Assembly: GCA_039589995.1 (NCBI GenBank)
Contig: JBDHGH010000003.1
Location: forward strand, 16,647 to 80,646
Direction of reading: 5' to 3'
DNA length: 64,000 bases
Source: Gemmatimonadota bacterium
Lineage (GTDB): Bacteria > Gemmatimonadota > Gemmatimonadetes > Palauibacterales > KS3-K002
A program made the translations under genes and the position numbers. Below are positions 26,030 to 36,018 of the stretch, piece after piece; within the stretch, counting starts at the first letter, position 1; each line of letters opens with the position of its first letter. Below the pieces are notes generated by a model. It searched no databases. It saw only the letters and a list, made by a program, of their open reading frames with translations, and was not told the origin of the DNA.

Positions 26030-27781
26030 TTAGGTATGTTGCCCGTGCCGTCCCTGCTCTTTCAGCCTGCGGTGCACCTCGCGGTTCTCGATCCAAGGTT
26101 TCCGCTCGAAATAGCTCTTCGTTAGTTCCCACACCTTCGGCGACAGCAGGAGCAGCGCCAGAAGGTTCGGGAGGATGACGATTCCCAAGAACACGTCACC
26201 CAGCGTCCACGCCACCGACAACGAAAGGACCGATCCTACAAAGTGCATGAGCACGAATACCATCTTGTACGGGAGGATCATCTTCACCCCGAACAAGTAG
26301 TTGGCACAACGATCGCCGTAGTAACTCCAAGCGATGGCCGTAGAGATCGCGAACAAGAACACGCTCAAGAGCACGATGTAGAGCCCGAAGTCGCCGGGAA
26401 GGCCGTGCTGGAACGCCACCATCGTGAGCGGCGCACCGCTCTCCGCCGCGAGCCCGTAGAGCGAGGTATAGGTGGCACCATCCTCGGCCACCGCGACTTC
26501 GCGATCGGTGTAGACGATACCGGTGAACGGCTGAGTTCGCTCCTCGTCGACGTAGAGGACGTCGACAGGGACTTCGTGCCAGGTGACCCGAGCCGCCTCG
26601 GTGCCCATCTCGACGTGCCGGCCGGCTTCGAGCTGGATCTGCGCGGGTCCGTCAATCTCGCCGAATCGACCCTCGGTGCGCTCCGCCACGTACGAGATGT
26701 CGCCCCCATCGAGTGTGATCTCGGTGGGTATGCGGAGGTTCCAGACACCGGTGAGGATGATCACCAGGCCGGTCATCGTACAGATGACGATGGTGTCGAT
26801 GAACGGCTCAACGAGTGCGACGACGCCCTCCGACACCGGCTCGTCGGTCTTAGCGGCCGCGTGAGCGATCGGCGCCGAGCCCTGCCCCGCCTCGTTCGAG
26901 AACAGGCCTCGCTTCACTCCCCAGATCATCGTCAGCAGGAAGACACCCATGCCCGCGCCGGCAACGCTGGCCGTCGGATTGAACGCCTCGCGGAAGATCA
27001 AACCAAAGGCGGGAATGATGCCTTCGTAATTGAGGCCGATGATGATCAGCGCACCCGCCACGTAGATCGCTGCCATCGTGGGGGCGAGGATGCCTGTCAC
27101 TTTCCCGATCCGGGTGATGCCGCCGACGACGACCATAGCGACGATGCTGGCGGTGACCAGACCCGTGATCCAAACCGGTATTCCGAACTGAGTGTTGAAC
27201 GTGTCGGCGACGGTGTTGGCCTGGATCGCGTTTCCGGTGAGGAACGCCGTCGTCCCCAGCATCAGCGCGAAGAAGATGGCGAGGGGTTTCCACCTGGGAC
27301 CCAGGCCCCGCTCGATGTAGTACATCGGGCCGCCGGAGACCGTGCCCTCCCATTTGTGCGGATCGAGATCCTCTTTCTCGACCTTCCGGTAGTGCTGCGC
27401 GAGGGTGACCTCGGAGAACTTCGTCGCCATACCCACCAGCGCCGTGATCCACATCCAAAACAGCGCCCCGGGCCCACCCCAGTGAATGGCCAGGGCTACA
27501 CCGGCGATGTTGCCGATCCCGACGGTCGCCGAGAGCGCAGTGGTGAGCGCCTGGAAATGGGAAACGTCGCCGGGCTCGCTAGGATCGTCGTAGATCCCGG
27601 AGGTGACGGCGAACCCGTGTCCCAGCTTGCGGAGCTGAAGGAAACCGAGCCGAACCGTCAGGAATACGCCGGTGCCCAGCAGGGCGATGATGACCCAAGG
27701 GATCTCCTCGCCCTGGAACGGTATTCCCTTATCCCAGATGTACTCGGACAGCTTGTTGACGACGTTTTCGAAGATTTCCAT
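26030..27781 (-). CDS. Alanine/glycine:cation symporter (AGCS) with a large loop insertion
   Basis: SATVGIGNIAGVA, GGPGALFWMW, GGPMYYI, RGLFSNEAGQGSAPIAHA, FIDTIVICTMT. Confidence 0.93.
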   Translation of the reverse strand: MEIFENVVNKLSEYIWDKGIPFQGEEIPWVIIALLGTGVFLTVRLGFLQLRKLGHGFAVTSGIYDDPSEPGDVSHFQALTTALSATVGIGNIAGVALAIHWGGPGALFWMWITALVGMATKFSEVTLAQHYRKVEKEDLDPHKWEGTVSGGPMYYIERGLGPRWKPLAIFFALMLGTTAFLTGNAIQANTVADTFNTQFGIPVWITGLVTASIVAMVVVGGITRIGKVTGILAPTMAAIYVAGALIIIGLNYEGIIPAFGLIFREAFNPTASVAGAGMGVFLLTMIWGVKRGLFSNEAGQGSAPIAHAAAKTDEPVSEGVVALVEPFIDTIVICTMTGLVIILTGVWNLRIPTEITLDGGDISYVAERTEGRFGEIDGPAQIQLEAGRHVEMGTEAARVTWHEVPVDVLYVDEERTQPFTGIVYTDREVAVAEDGATYTSLYGLAAESGAPLTMVAFQHGLPGDFGLYIVLLSVFLFAISTAIAWSYYGDRCANYLFGVKMILPYKMVFVLMHFVGSVLSLSVAWTLGDVFLGIVILPNLLALLLLSPKVWELTKSYFERKPWIENREVHRRLKEQGRHGQHT

Positions 27782-27845
27782 GTGCACTCGCAGTTCGGTG
27801 AGGGAACGGGGGGCCGCGCTACTCTAGGCGCAGCCTCCGGTGCTG

Positions 27846-28496
27846 TCAAGCAAACTTGCCCGCAAGCTTGGCCCAAGTAGAGGCGAGGTGGACCAGGTGG
27901 CTGGAACTGCGCCCCACCACCCGACCAGCCCGCAGCGCCTCGAGGAAACCCTCTTTCCCTTCGAAATCGGGGACTTCGATCACGCCTCTTCCGATCTCTC
28001 GCAGTGTGTGCGCGTCAGAGCCGGCGCCGCCGGGCAGGTCGCGCTCCTCGGCCCACAGGCGAGCTCTCTCGTTCAGCTCGGGCTTGTGAATGCGGGCGTT
28101 GAATACCTCGACCACGTCGACGAACGGCTCGATCGAAGCTAGAACCTCTGGGCCGAGACCCTTACCGCCGGCGAATGGGTGGGGCACGTAGACCAGGCCG
28201 CCTTGTTCGCGGATCGCCAGGGCCGCTTCGGCAGCCGGTGTTCCTCTTGCGATCTTCTCCGACACGAACAACCCGGTGATGTCCACACCTTCGGCGGTTT
28301 TCACTTCCTCACCGATGATCACCAAATCGGGGTCGAGATCCCGGACCCGAAACGCACCTTCGATCTCGTTGTGGTCGGTAACGGCAATGCGGTCGAGTCC
28401 GCGCGCGCGCGCGGTCGTGACCACGTCCTCGTAATCGCTGAGACAATCGTGGGATGCTTGCGTGTGTATGTGGAGATCGAGCCGGAGCAGACTCAT
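27846..28496 (-). CDS. PHP domain protein
   Basis: DLHIHTQASHD, AVTDHN, GEEV, PHPF, GSDAH; ATG overlaps the coaE stop. Confidence 0.88.
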   Translation of the reverse strand: MSLLRLDLHIHTQASHDCLSDYEDVVTTARARGLDRIAVTDHNEIEGAFRVRDLDPDLVIIGEEVKTAEGVDITGLFVSEKIARGTPAAEAALAIREQGGLVYVPHPFAGGKGLGPEVLASIEPFVDVVEVFNARIHKPELNERARLWAEERDLPGGAGSDAHTLREIGRGVIEVPDFEGKEGFLEALRAGRVVGRSSSHLVHLASTWAKLAGKFA

Positions 28497-29101
28497 TCGT
28501 CGCGGCTCAACTTCTCTATCTCCTTCCAAGTCTCCCAGGCGCGCCGCTCGAGGGAAGTAATGTCGGAGTCGTTGTCGATAATGAAGTCGGCCCGCGCGCG
28601 CTTTTCCGCAGCCGGCATCTGGGCATCGGCGATCGCTCGCGCTTCGTCGGCGGTCAGCCCGCGCTTGTTGACCAGGCGCTCGATTCGCAGTCCGAGCGGC
28701 GCATCGATCAGAAGCACGACATCGTACTCGTCTTCCAAGCCCACCTCGAATAGAAGCGGGACTACGCCGATGGCGATCCGGTCGCCACGCGCCTCGGCCT
28801 CCACGAACAGCTCACGGGATCGCTCGCGAATTGCGGGATGCAGGATGGCTTCTAGTTGCTTGCGGGCTTCCGGATCGGAGAAGACGATCCTACGGGTGGC
28901 GGCCCGATCCAGTTCACCGTTGGAGGCGACGACCGCATCGCCCCACGTGTCGCGGATCTGGACCAAAGCCGGACTGCCCGGCGTGACAACTTCGCGGGCA
29001 AGGACGTCCGTATCGATGATCGTCGCGCCCCAGCTGGCGAACAGGGAGACGGTCGTTGATTTGCCAGCTCCGACATTCCCGGTAAGGCCAACTCGCAGCA
29101 C
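28493..29101 (-). CDS. coaE: Dephospho-CoA kinase
   Basis: VGLTGNVGAGKST, LEAILHP, VPLLFE, ADFIIDN. Confidence 0.95.
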   Translation of the reverse strand: MLRVGLTGNVGAGKSTTVSLFASWGATIIDTDVLAREVVTPGSPALVQIRDTWGDAVVASNGELDRAATRRIVFSDPEARKQLEAILHPAIRERSRELFVEAEARGDRIAIGVVPLLFEVGLEDEYDVVLLIDAPLGLRIERLVNKRGLTADEARAIADAQMPAAEKRARADFIIDNDSDITSLERRAWETWKEIEKLSRDE

Positions 29102-29109
29102 GGATCTCC

Positions 29110-30201
29110 TCAGTCCTTGCCTTGCGCGCTTGCATCGAGGAGTGCGGCGCCTTTCTCATCCTGGACGCCCAGCTCCTTGATGAAGCGATTCACGAGTTCC
29201 TCGCTCTTCAGACGAACGTCCTCGGCCGACAGATGCGCGATGGGAACCCGGGCACCCGCCATCATGCCGTGGCCGCCGGCGCTGCCGTCGTCGCCGATCA
29301 CTTTCCGCAACAGTCGGCCCGCAGCCGCGTCGGGGAGCGACGTCCTGATCGAAATGAGGATGTCGTCTTCGAATATCCCGATGCAGAACGACCAGTAAGC
29401 TCCATCGAAGCGAAGATAGAAATCGGCCAGTTCAGCCACGAGGTCGGGGTAGTCCAACGTCCCGACATAGGAGACGACGACCGGACCGCGAGTTCGCGCA
29501 CGCTCGAGGGAGCGATGGAGCGATTTGAAATACGGGCTCGGCAGGCTTGGGTAGCGGATTCGTGAAATCAATTCGCGATCGGTCCCAGGATACAAAGCCA
29601 GGCTAGCTCTCATATCACCTTCGCCCGCCTCGCGGCCGAGGTCCTGCGTCTCGGACTGAATCCCGTAGAACAACGCTGTCGCCAGGTTGCCCTCCAGAGG
29701 AACGCCGGCAGCCTGGAGATACTGGGTGAGTAGAGTGGAGCTCGATCCACACTCGGTCCGCACGTCCCAGAAGTTGGCCCTCTCTGTTTCAGGACGGAGT
29801 GGGTGGTGGTCGAGGACTACTGCCGCCTCGCGATCCGCCGGGAGAGCGTTGTTTCCCGTCCCGGGCTGCGTGTCCACCAGCGCGATCTTGTCGACATCGT
29901 CAAAGCTGACTGCCCACGTCGGAATGATCGGAAGTCCCAACTCGCGGACCATCGTGCGATTCTCGGCTCGGCCGACGAAGCCACCGAAGCCGATGCGTGC
30001 TGTCGGATGGTCGAAGGATTCCGCCAACCTCAACAACGCAAACGCGGAAGCCAGAGCGTCCGGATCCGGGTTGTCGTGGGTCAGTATGAGCCAGCGATGG
30101 CCGTCTTCGAAGACGGATCGCAGATCGTCCAGGCGCGGCGCCGCGCAGCAGACTTCTTGCTCTTGCTCGGTCGCGCCAACGGCTTCGCTTGAGTCAGGCA
30201 T
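29110..30201 (-). CDS. DHH family phosphoesterase
   Basis: THDNPDPDALAS, VDTQPG, LDHHP, SIRT, AGGH. Confidence 0.85.
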   Translation of the reverse strand: MPDSSEAVGATEQEQEVCCAAPRLDDLRSVFEDGHRWLILTHDNPDPDALASAFALLRLAESFDHPTARIGFGGFVGRAENRTMVRELGLPIIPTWAVSFDDVDKIALVDTQPGTGNNALPADREAAVVLDHHPLRPETERANFWDVRTECGSSSTLLTQYLQAAGVPLEGNLATALFYGIQSETQDLGREAGEGDMRASLALYPGTDRELISRIRYPSLPSPYFKSLHRSLERARTRGPVVVSYVGTLDYPDLVAELADFYLRFDGAYWSFCIGIFEDDILISIRTSLPDAAAGRLLRKVIGDDGSAGGHGMMAGARVPIAHLSAEDVRLKSEELVNRFIKELGVQDEKGAALLDASAQGKD

Positions 30202-30371
30202 AGCTGATAGAAGCTAGTCGGAACAATCGCCGAGTGGATAAGGATGGCCGCAGTTGGCGCAATGGCCGGCCTTGCAGCCTCTGGGTCGTTCGACAACCAC
30301 GTGTTCGCAGCGGAGACAACGCAACTCTAGCTCCGAGCGAAGCGCGTGGGGTACCGCGACCCGCGTCTCGG

Positions 30372-31013
30372 TCAGCCGCCCCACCCCATCACTCCCGTCA
30401 GGAACGGATTCGTCGTTCGTTCCTGGCCAACGGTCGTCGCCGGCCCGTGACCCGAATACAGAACGGTGTCGTCGGGCAGCGTCATGATTCTCTCGTTAAT
30501 CGACTCGATCAGCGTGCGTCCGTCACCTCCGGGAAGGTCGCTCCGTCCTATGGATCCGGCAAACACGCAGTCTCCCACCAGAGCGAACCCGTCCCCGATG
30601 AGGCAAACGTGTCCCGGCGAGTGGCCGGGGGTGTGGCGTACCTCGAGCTCGGACGATCCAATCTTGATGGTCTGGCCGTCCTCCAAGTCTCGATCGGGCG
30701 GAGGTGGAGTCTCCATCTCGAGGCCAAACGAACGCGCCTGCAGAGGAGCGGCGCTGTAGAGCTTCAGGTCGGCAGGGTGAAGGTACACGGGCACGCCGGT
30801 TTCACTCTTGGCCTCGGCCACGCCACCTATGTGGTCGAGATGGGCGTGGGTCAGGATGATGGATTCGACGGTCGCGTCCTCCTCCGCGACGACCGCTAGC
30901 AGCAGCTCGGCTTCCTCGCCCGGATCCACCAACGCACACTTGAGAGTGTCCTCGCAGATGGCGATGTAAGCGTTGGCCTGCAAAGGCCCAACCGCTGTGC
31001 CGCGAATCTTCAA
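30372..31013 (-). CDS. MBL-fold metallo-hydrolase (glyoxalase II-like)
   Basis: THAHLDHIGG, TPGHSPG, GDCVF, GRSDLPGG, SGHGPATT. Start inferred at TTG 31013. Confidence 0.9.
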   Translation of the reverse strand: MKIRGTAVGPLQANAYIAICEDTLKCALVDPGEEAELLLAVVAEEDATVESIILTHAHLDHIGGVAEAKSETGVPVYLHPADLKLYSAAPLQARSFGLEMETPPPPDRDLEDGQTIKIGSSELEVRHTPGHSPGHVCLIGDGFALVGDCVFAGSIGRSDLPGGDGRTLIESINERIMTLPDDTVLYSGHGPATTVGQERTTNPFLTGVMGWGG

Positions 31014-31104
31014 ACTCTCACCCCCAAAACCGGCCCGTTCAGGCAAGCGTCAGCGCCGGGCTCCTGGCCACGGCGCTCACAAGATAAGGCCACCGGCCGA
31101 TCAC

Positions 31105-31131
31105 AAAAAGGAAGGCCCGCAAGCGCGGGCC
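31105..31131 (-). terminator. Rho-independent terminator after the iscA-like gene
   Basis: Minus strand GGCCCGC-gctt-GCGGGCC followed by TTCCTTTTT. Confidence 0.7.
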
Positions 31132-31156
31132 CGCAAGAACCTGCTATGTGTGGTCT

Positions 31157-31516
31157 TTAGACAGTGAAGGAAGAACCGCAGCCGCAACCGCCGGAAGCGT
31201 TCGGGTTGGTGAAGGTGAAACCCGAACCCTGGAACGACGAATGGTAACCGATGACCGTGCCCTTCAAGTATTGAGCGCTGAACGGGTCGACGAACAGCCG
31301 GATCCCGTTGGACTCCAACACTTCGTCGTCGTCGCGCGCCTCTTCCTCGAGATTCAAACCGTACTGAAACCCGGAACAGCCGCCTGGAAGCACACTGACC
31401 CGCAGGCCGCCTTTCTCGGGGGTCAAGTCCTCGGTCGCCATGAACTCCAACGCCTTTTCGGCTGCCTGCGATGTAAGCTCGACGACCGCTGTCGTACTTT
31501 GTGTTGTGTCTGACAT
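31157..31516 (-). CDS. A-type Fe-S carrier (HesB/IscA/ErpA family)
   Basis: GGCSGFQY and NPNASGGCGCGSSF. Confidence 0.95.
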   Translation of the reverse strand: MSDTTQSTTAVVELTSQAAEKALEFMATEDLTPEKGGLRVSVLPGGCSGFQYGLNLEEEARDDDEVLESNGIRLFVDPFSAQYLKGTVIGYHSSFQGSGFTFTNPNASGGCGCGSSFTV

Positions 31517-31643
31517 CTATTCACATCCTTCTAATAATGATTCCTGACTAGAATAACATCCCATGGCCCCGCACTGTCAATAACGCTCCAGGGGGACCGA
31601 CGGCCCACTTCAAACTCGAAGTCTCGATTGCTCTATTACTCGT

Positions 31644-32630
31644 TTACTCTGCACTCCCAGAACCGACTGTCTCACGGGCCTCTTTCAGGTCCGTAAGGTA
31701 CTTCTCGGCGGCGATCACGGCAGTCGTCCCATCTCCCACCGCCGTGGTGATCTGTCGCGTCAACTGAGCGCGGACATCGCCGGCGACGAACAGTCCCGGG
31801 ATCGAGGCTCGCATGTCCCGATCGCTGATCAGGTATCCGCTGGCGTCGTGGTCGGCGTGGTCTTCCAGAAGGCCGGTGTTCGGCCGGAAGCCGATGAATA
31901 CGAACAGGCCCGTCGCGTCCAGGAAGCTATCTTCGCCGGTCTCCACGTTCTTGAGGCGAAGACCCTTCATCCCCATCGGCTCTCCAACCACTTCTTCGAT
32001 CACCGTGTTCCAGATCATTTCGATCTTCGGGTTCTCGAAGACACGCTTCTGGAGGATCTTCTGCGCCCGCAACGCGTCGCGCCGATGAATGATGTACAGC
32101 TTGTCGACGTAGCGGGTGAGGAACTCCGCCTCCTCCGCCGCAGCATCGCCACCCCCAGCCACCGCGATCGTCTCGCCCTTGAAGAACGCGCCATCGCAGA
32201 TCGCGCAGTAGCTCACGCCCTTGCCCGCGTACTCCTCCTCGCCGGGGACTCCCAGCTTGTTGGGCGTGCCGCCGGCCGTGAGAATCACTGCCGGCGCCCG
32301 ATACACCGGGCCCTCATCGGTCGTGATGCGGAAGTCGCCATCCTCGAGCTTCTTGATCGCGCTCACGGTAGCCGTATCGATCTGAAGGTCGAATTTCTTG
32401 GCGTGCTTTTCCATCCGCTCCGCCAACTCGCGGCCGTCAATCTCCGGGAGCCCCGGGTAATCGTCTATCAGGTCCGTGTTCAGCAGTTGACCGCCGGGTA
32501 GCCCACGCTCCAGCAGCACGGCGTTCAGTTCCGATCGCTTCGCATACATACCCGCCGTCAGGCCGGCGGGCCCGCCGCCGACGATCACCAGCTCGAAAAC
32601 CTTCTCGTTATTCGTTCCGTTCCCCGACAT
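31644..32630 (-). CDS. trxB: Thioredoxin-disulfide reductase
   Basis: GGGPAGLTAG, GVSYCAICDG, GGGDAAAEEA, HRRD, AGDV, TAVGDG. Confidence 0.96.
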   Translation of the reverse strand: MSGNGTNNEKVFELVIVGGGPAGLTAGMYAKRSELNAVLLERGLPGGQLLNTDLIDDYPGLPEIDGRELAERMEKHAKKFDLQIDTATVSAIKKLEDGDFRITTDEGPVYRAPAVILTAGGTPNKLGVPGEEEYAGKGVSYCAICDGAFFKGETIAVAGGGDAAAEEAEFLTRYVDKLYIIHRRDALRAQKILQKRVFENPKIEMIWNTVIEEVVGEPMGMKGLRLKNVETGEDSFLDATGLFVFIGFRPNTGLLEDHADHDASGYLISDRDMRASIPGLFVAGDVRAQLTRQITTAVGDGTTAVIAAEKYLTDLKEARETVGSGSAE

Positions 32631-32655
32631 CTTCCTTCGGCCTCCTAAGCTTCAC

Positions 32656-33540
32656 TCAACTCCCGGCGCCGCTGCCAGCGACGGCGGCATCCCGCAGACG
32701 CAAATACCACTCGTACGGTACCGGTTGGGACGACAGCTGACCTCGACGACCGTCGAGGGGGCCATGCCAATCCGACCCGCCGGTCTCCAGTAGTCCGTGG
32801 TCGGCCGCTAGTCTGCGCAATCTTCGTACCTCGACGGGGCCGTGTTCGGGATGGAGACACTCGAGCCCGTCCAGCCCTTCCCTGGCAAGGTTATCGATGG
32901 CCTCGTCACCGTGAGACTTGCCGCCGTGCGCCAGGACCGCCAAACCGCCGGCGTCGTGAATGCGGCGGATTCCCTCTCCAGGACTGATACGCCAGGTGGG
33001 GACGTAGGCCGGCTGGCCGGCGGCAAGTAACCGGTCAAACGCCTCGCGGTAGCTCTTGACGTGGCCCTGCTCGAGAAGGGTTCGGGCCACGTGCGGCCGG
33101 GCGATCAGGCCACCGGCAGATGCCTGCTCCATCACCGCCTCGAGAGTGATCTGGATACCCAGTCGATCCAGCTTCTCGATCATCCGAGCCGCCCGCTCGA
33201 TCCGCTTCTTCCGAGCACCATCCAGATACTCCACCAAATCGCCATAGGATGGGTCGACATAGTACCCCAGCAAGTGCGTCGAACCCGCGTCGTCGTAGCA
33301 GGAAAACTCGATCCCGGGCACGAACTCCAGGTCCAATGCCTCTGCGGCAGTCGTCGCCTCTTCGAGTCCTGCCACTGTGTCATGGTCGGTCAGCGCAACC
33401 GCCTTCAGTCCCTTCTCCTTGGCGGCTGCCATAACTTCCGCTGGCTCGACTCGTCCGTCCGATCGCGTCGAGTGGAGATGAAGGTCTATGCGATCTGCGA
33501 CGTCTGATGGAGTGTCGTATCTATCTGGAGTATCGATCAT
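32656..33540 (-). CDS. PHP domain phosphatase (YciV/TrpH-like)
   Basis: DLHLHSTRSDG, ALTDHD, HLLGY, RPHVA, LAH, GGSDWHG. Confidence 0.9.
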   Translation of the reverse strand: MIDTPDRYDTPSDVADRIDLHLHSTRSDGRVEPAEVMAAAKEKGLKAVALTDHDTVAGLEEATTAAEALDLEFVPGIEFSCYDDAGSTHLLGYYVDPSYGDLVEYLDGARKKRIERAARMIEKLDRLGIQITLEAVMEQASAGGLIARPHVARTLLEQGHVKSYREAFDRLLAAGQPAYVPTWRISPGEGIRRIHDAGGLAVLAHGGKSHGDEAIDNLAREGLDGLECLHPEHGPVEVRRLRRLAADHGLLETGGSDWHGPLDGRRGQLSSQPVPYEWYLRLRDAAVAGSGAGS

Positions 33541-33576
33541 CCCCGTCTTCTGTCCGCCCGAGGGTCCCAGGTCCCG

Positions 33577-33720
33577 AAAAAGGAGAAGGCCGCGAGCCGA
33601 TTCAGGCCCACGGCCAGCGGCGCTAACCTACCGAGGCTAAACGCCCGGGTCAACGCCGAGGTTTCGCCCCGTCTCATTGACACCCGAGCCAGTGGCACCG
33701 ATTTTTAGCCCGGACGAAAA
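33577..33720. promoter_or_regulatory. Divergent promoters with putative DtxR/MntR boxes and a leader terminator-like hairpin
   Basis: Minus strand TTGACC-17-TAGGTT (33653-33625); plus strand TTGACA (33677-33682); TTTAGCC-containing sites at about 33623-33641 and 33702-33720; hairpin plus U-tract at 33577-33615. Confidence 0.55.
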
Positions 33721-33723
33721 ATC

Positions 33724-34485
33724 ATGACGACCCGGGAAGAGAACGCCGAAGGGCTAGCTGCGGAAACTGGCACCGGGGTAACCGGGCCGGACCGCTCCCG
33801 CGCGGCCGAGGACTACCTGAAGGCGATCCGCCACCTGCAGCTGGAACGGGCCCCCGTCAGCACTTCGGCCCTAGCTCAGCACCTCGACCGTTCCCCCGCG
33901 TCTGTCACCAACATGATCAAGAGCCTGGCCGAACAAGGCCTGGTAGAACACGAACCCTATCGCGGCGTTCGCCTCAGCGAAGAGGGAGAGCGCGAAGCTC
34001 TACGCATCATTCGCCGACATCGTGTGATCGAGGCCTACTTGATCGAGCGGCTCGGCTACTCGTGGGACCGGGTACACGCCGAAGCCGAACGTCTCGAGCA
34101 CGCAGCTTCCGACGAGTTGGTCGAGCGCATGGCCTCGGTGATGGGCAACCCGGAGATGGACCCTCACGGATCGCCGATTCCCACAGCCGAAGGCGAGGTC
34201 GCGGAAGAACTGCATCCCGCCCTGTCGGAGATGAAGGTCGGCGCCACTGTGATTGTCCGGGAAGTCAGCGATGCGGACGAGGGCAAGCTTCGCTATCTTG
34301 CCGAGTTGGGCCTCTTCCCTGGCACCCGGGTCGAGGTTTTGGACCGCGAGCCTTTTGAAGGCCCAATCCTGGTTCGCATCGACGGGCAGGAGCGGTCGTT
34401 GGGCCACGGACTGGCCGAAATGGTCAGGGTAGAACCGGGATCTCTTCATCAAAGCGGTGGCGAAGATTCCGCCGCCGACACCTAG
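33724..34485 (+). CDS. DtxR/MntR family metal-dependent regulator with FeoA-like domain
   Basis: EDYLKAI, SPASVTNMIK, RRHRVIE, EAERLEH, DPHGSPIP, YLAELGLFPG. Confidence 0.93.
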   Translation: MTTREENAEGLAAETGTGVTGPDRSRAAEDYLKAIRHLQLERAPVSTSALAQHLDRSPASVTNMIKSLAEQGLVEHEPYRGVRLSEEGEREALRIIRRHRVIEAYLIERLGYSWDRVHAEAERLEHAASDELVERMASVMGNPEMDPHGSPIPTAEGEVAEELHPALSEMKVGATVIVREVSDADEGKLRYLAELGLFPGTRVEVLDREPFEGPILVRIDGQERSLGHGLAEMVRVEPGSLHQSGGEDSAADT

Positions 34486-34499
34486 AATTCAAGGCGATT

Positions 34500-34778
34500 A
34501 TGGCACAGATCAAGATCGACGGTGATCGCTGGAAGGTCCGACTCGGAGAGGATCGACCGAGACCGGGCAAGCGCGTTGTTCTATTCTTCTGCCAGCCGAC
34601 GGGGCAGCGTCCCTATCGCGTGGTCGAAGTTCCCGAGGACCGGTTCGCGTCACAGGATGACATCGAGAAGCTTCCTAAGGACGAGTTACTGAACCTCTAC
34701 AACGAGAGCACGTCGATGGACGTGCCGGTCTATCGCTCGGACGAAGTCACCGACGTCAGGAAAACCAACCGCAACTAG
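34500..34778 (+). CDS. Small hypothetical protein
   Basis: 92 aa, ATG start directly after the dtxR-like gene, natural composition. Confidence 0.7.
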   Translation: MAQIKIDGDRWKVRLGEDRPRPGKRVVLFFCQPTGQRPYRVVEVPEDRFASQDDIEKLPKDELLNLYNESTSMDVPVYRSDEVTDVRKTNRN

Positions 34779-34786
34779 ACGCTGGA

Positions 34787-35857
34787 TCACACAGGCACGA
34801 AATCGTCCGCGGCCGTCAGCGTACGAACGGTCGCGGCGATTAGTTCCGCCGCCCGGTCCAGATCATCCAGGACTACCATCTCGTTGGGTGTATGCATGTA
34901 GCGATTCGGCACGGAGACAAGCGCCGTCGCGATCCCCATGCGCGCGGTGTAGATGTTGTCGGCATCCGTGCTCGTGCGGCTAGGAGACGCTTCGATGGAG
35001 AACGCGATGCTCTCGGCGTCCGCAACGTGAGCCATGCGCTCGAACAAGACCGGATTCACCGCCGAACCACGGCTTAACACAGGTCCGCCACCCAGGCGGT
35101 GGTCTCCCTGCCCCTTCTTCTCGGTGCCGGGGTGATCGGTGGCGTGGGTCACGTCCACGACCACGGCGACGCGCGGATCCAGCCCGTAGGCTCCGGTGCG
35201 AGCTCCGCCGCCCGCAGCGCCTATCTCCTCCTGCGCGGTAGCGACAGCGATAACGCCCACCGATGGCCTGTCAGCTGCCAGCCTGCGCAACGCTTCGAGT
35301 ACGACGAAAGCGCCGACCCGGTTGTCGATGCTCCGCGAAACGATCCGACCGTTGGGCATCTCGATCACGCCCACGTCGAGCACGGCCGCATCGCCGACAC
35401 GCACGCGCTCGCGAGCGTTCGCGCCGTCCGAAGCACCGATGTCGATCCACAGATCTTTGATCCGGGAGGGGCGATCCCTGTCTTCCTTCTCCATCAAATG
35501 GATCGCCTTCTTGCCGACCACGCCCGGAACGGGGCCCTGACGCGTGAGTACCTCCACTCGCTGGCCGACGATGATCTCGGGATCCCAACCGCCGATCGTG
35601 GAGAAGTACAGGAAGCCGTCATCATCGATGTGATTGACCATCAGGCCAATCTCGTCGATGTGCCCGGCCAGCATCACCCGCGGTTCGACGTCCGGGTTCA
35701 CCATCGCGAAACTGTTCCCTGCTACGTCCGCCCAGACGCGGTCGGCGAAAGACTCGGCCTCTTCCCGCCAGGCACGCGCGGGTGCAGCCTCGTAGCCGGA
35801 CGGCCCGGGCAGAGCCAGCAAACGCTTGAAGAAGCCGACAGAACTCTCCTGCATCAT
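34787..35857 (-). CDS. M42 family aminopeptidase
   Basis: PGPSGYE, AGHIDEIG, SIDNRVG, QEEIG, VDVTH, TDA, RYMHTPNE. Confidence 0.93.
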   Translation of the reverse strand: MMQESSVGFFKRLLALPGPSGYEAAPARAWREEAESFADRVWADVAGNSFAMVNPDVEPRVMLAGHIDEIGLMVNHIDDDGFLYFSTIGGWDPEIIVGQRVEVLTRQGPVPGVVGKKAIHLMEKEDRDRPSRIKDLWIDIGASDGANARERVRVGDAAVLDVGVIEMPNGRIVSRSIDNRVGAFVVLEALRRLAADRPSVGVIAVATAQEEIGAAGGGARTGAYGLDPRVAVVVDVTHATDHPGTEKKGQGDHRLGGGPVLSRGSAVNPVLFERMAHVADAESIAFSIEASPSRTSTDADNIYTARMGIATALVSVPNRYMHTPNEMVVLDDLDRAAELIAATVRTLTAADDFVPV

Positions 35858-36018
35858 CAATCCCTTCCATGTTTTGATGGAGTGGTCGAGCTACCGACCG
35901 ACTACACATGTAGACCGGGGCGATTATATCAGCCGCCACCCTCCCCTTCAACAGGCACCCGGGCCCGCGGACAGCAACGTCTTGAATCGGCCACCCTAGG
36001 CCGTGATATTCCCTGCCA

